Below the pieces are notes generated by a model that saw nothing but the letters and a program-made list of their open reading frames with translations, made no database searches and was not told the origin of the DNA. This document shows positions 62,645 to 64,000 of a stretch of DNA of 64,000 nt, in pieces (the stretch's first letter is position 1; each line of letters begins with the position of its first letter). The DNA lies in assembly GCA_030770535.1 (NCBI GenBank), contig JASVEC010000017.1, positions 310,001-374,000 of the forward strand, in the 5' to 3' direction. This DNA comes from Batkoa obscura. Lineage: Eukaryota. The translations under genes and the position numbers were made by a program.

Positions 62645-64000
62645 TATCATATTGTTGCCTCAATTTTCAATTTTTTTTTCCATATCTTCTTTTCTTTTTT
62701 TAAATAAAATAGTGAGATCCTAAAAAGGTTGAAAATTTAATATTTAAAAACAAAATATATCTCTACTCCTTGAATTTTAAAACTACAAAAAGTTACATAA
62801 TATCAGTGGTAAAATGATACTTTTGTACTACTGCTTTTTTTATTTTGTTTTATATAATAAGTTTTAAAGTTATTAATAAGATGAATCACCTTTAACATAC
62901 CTAATAAAAATTAACACGTTTATCTAAAATAAACTTTTTGATAAGTTTATAATATCTTTCTTTTAAAAAAGGTACTACAGTTTATCTTTATTAAGATCCT
63001 CTTTTTCCACTTTACTTTACTAATAATTTATTACCTAAAAAGATCAGTTCTAAACTTTCAATAATATTATAAATATAGGTTCATATAACATTTGCTCCAT
63101 TAATTTTCATAATCAAATTTCAACTTATTCAACTTAAACTCTATTATTGATGATCATCCAACTTAATTTTACTCTATAAATTTACTATGTGCTCTTTAAC
63201 GCTATATTTATGGTTTTACATCTTATATATTTTTCTTTTTATTACTTTTACTTTAATTAGTTGCTTTTTCATTAGCTTTTATTTCCTTATTAGACATCTT
63301 CTTTAATAAAAATCTTGTATTATTTCTTTTATATTATAAAATTTACACAAAAGCTTTACCTTCACTCAATTTAATTTATATTAAATTCATCACTCCTCTT
63401 CAAGCTTATTGTTCTTTCATTTCATTTTTTTAAATCTATCAAAGATACGAAAGGGTTGGTCCCTTTCTCTAAACTCATTGTAAAATTTCTTAGGATGATA
63501 AAATTTATAAAATTCGGTGGAGTCTATAATATAAAATTTTACTTTAGTTAATAGAGCACAAGTGCTTATCTTTTTTAAGAGAAAAAAGTATACAAAGTTA
63601 GATATAAAGATATTATTTAATAAACTGTACAAGATATAGTAATAGCAATAAAATTTATGAATTTTATTCAGTTAAATTCAACTTTGACTAATATATATCA
63701 AGTTATATATATATATATATAATACAATTTATTTTATATTTATAATATTAACAACAAATGGATTATTGTTTGGATCTCAATCTAGTAAATATTTCAAAAC
63801 TTTTGAAAATTTTTAGCTAATATTAATATATAAAAAGTCACATTCATAGGAGAAATAGCCTTACAAATAATTAGATTAGAATGATCACTACAGCAAATAT
63901 TAGGGTGCCAATCAACATATGGATAAAGTGGGATAATATCTAGATAACACACTTTATTTGTTATTGCTTTAAATGTGTTCAATAAACCAGTTCTAGCTAA

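Noticed and set aside
63050..64000. Purine-rich minus-strand stretch resembling decayed coding or transposon sequence
   Set aside because: Many stops, no recognisable domain, truncated by the window edge

Overview
Very AT-rich eukaryotic DNA with short (about 45-140 nt) GT-AG introns and fungal-type genes. It is probably an early-diverging fungus; this is an inference, not a database result. Conserved genes, left to right: OSCA/TMEM63-type channel, Num1/ApsA-like PH protein, J-domain membrane protein, GPN1, double-domain amidohydrolase, DOPA 4,5-dioxygenase-family protein, ASH2/BRE2-like SPRY protein, SUV3, MEF2/RLM1-type MADS factor, RPL30, STE11-type MAPKKK, VTC4, a probable GPI-anchored protein and a GPCR. 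Among them lies an expanded family of eight intronless Zn-dependent cinnamyl-alcohol-dehydrogenase-like (ADH6/7-type) genes: five intact, one frameshifted and two pseudogenes. The most striking structure is a head-to-head ADH pair sharing an identical 564-bp core and an identical 78-bp tract while differing at both termini and in one short loop. This indicates gene conversion and makes the ~3-kb promoter segment potentially invertible. A decayed pseudogene 25 kb away carries the same near-pristine core. Eight copies of a ~100-bp MITE with 4-bp target duplications occur only around the ADH copies. Two solo-LTR-like elements form a ~1-kb palindrome, one nested inside a MITE. An orphan membrane-anchored protein ending in a symmetric 8-Cys hairpin motif lies at the cluster edge. 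All alignments and exon boundaries were read by eye.
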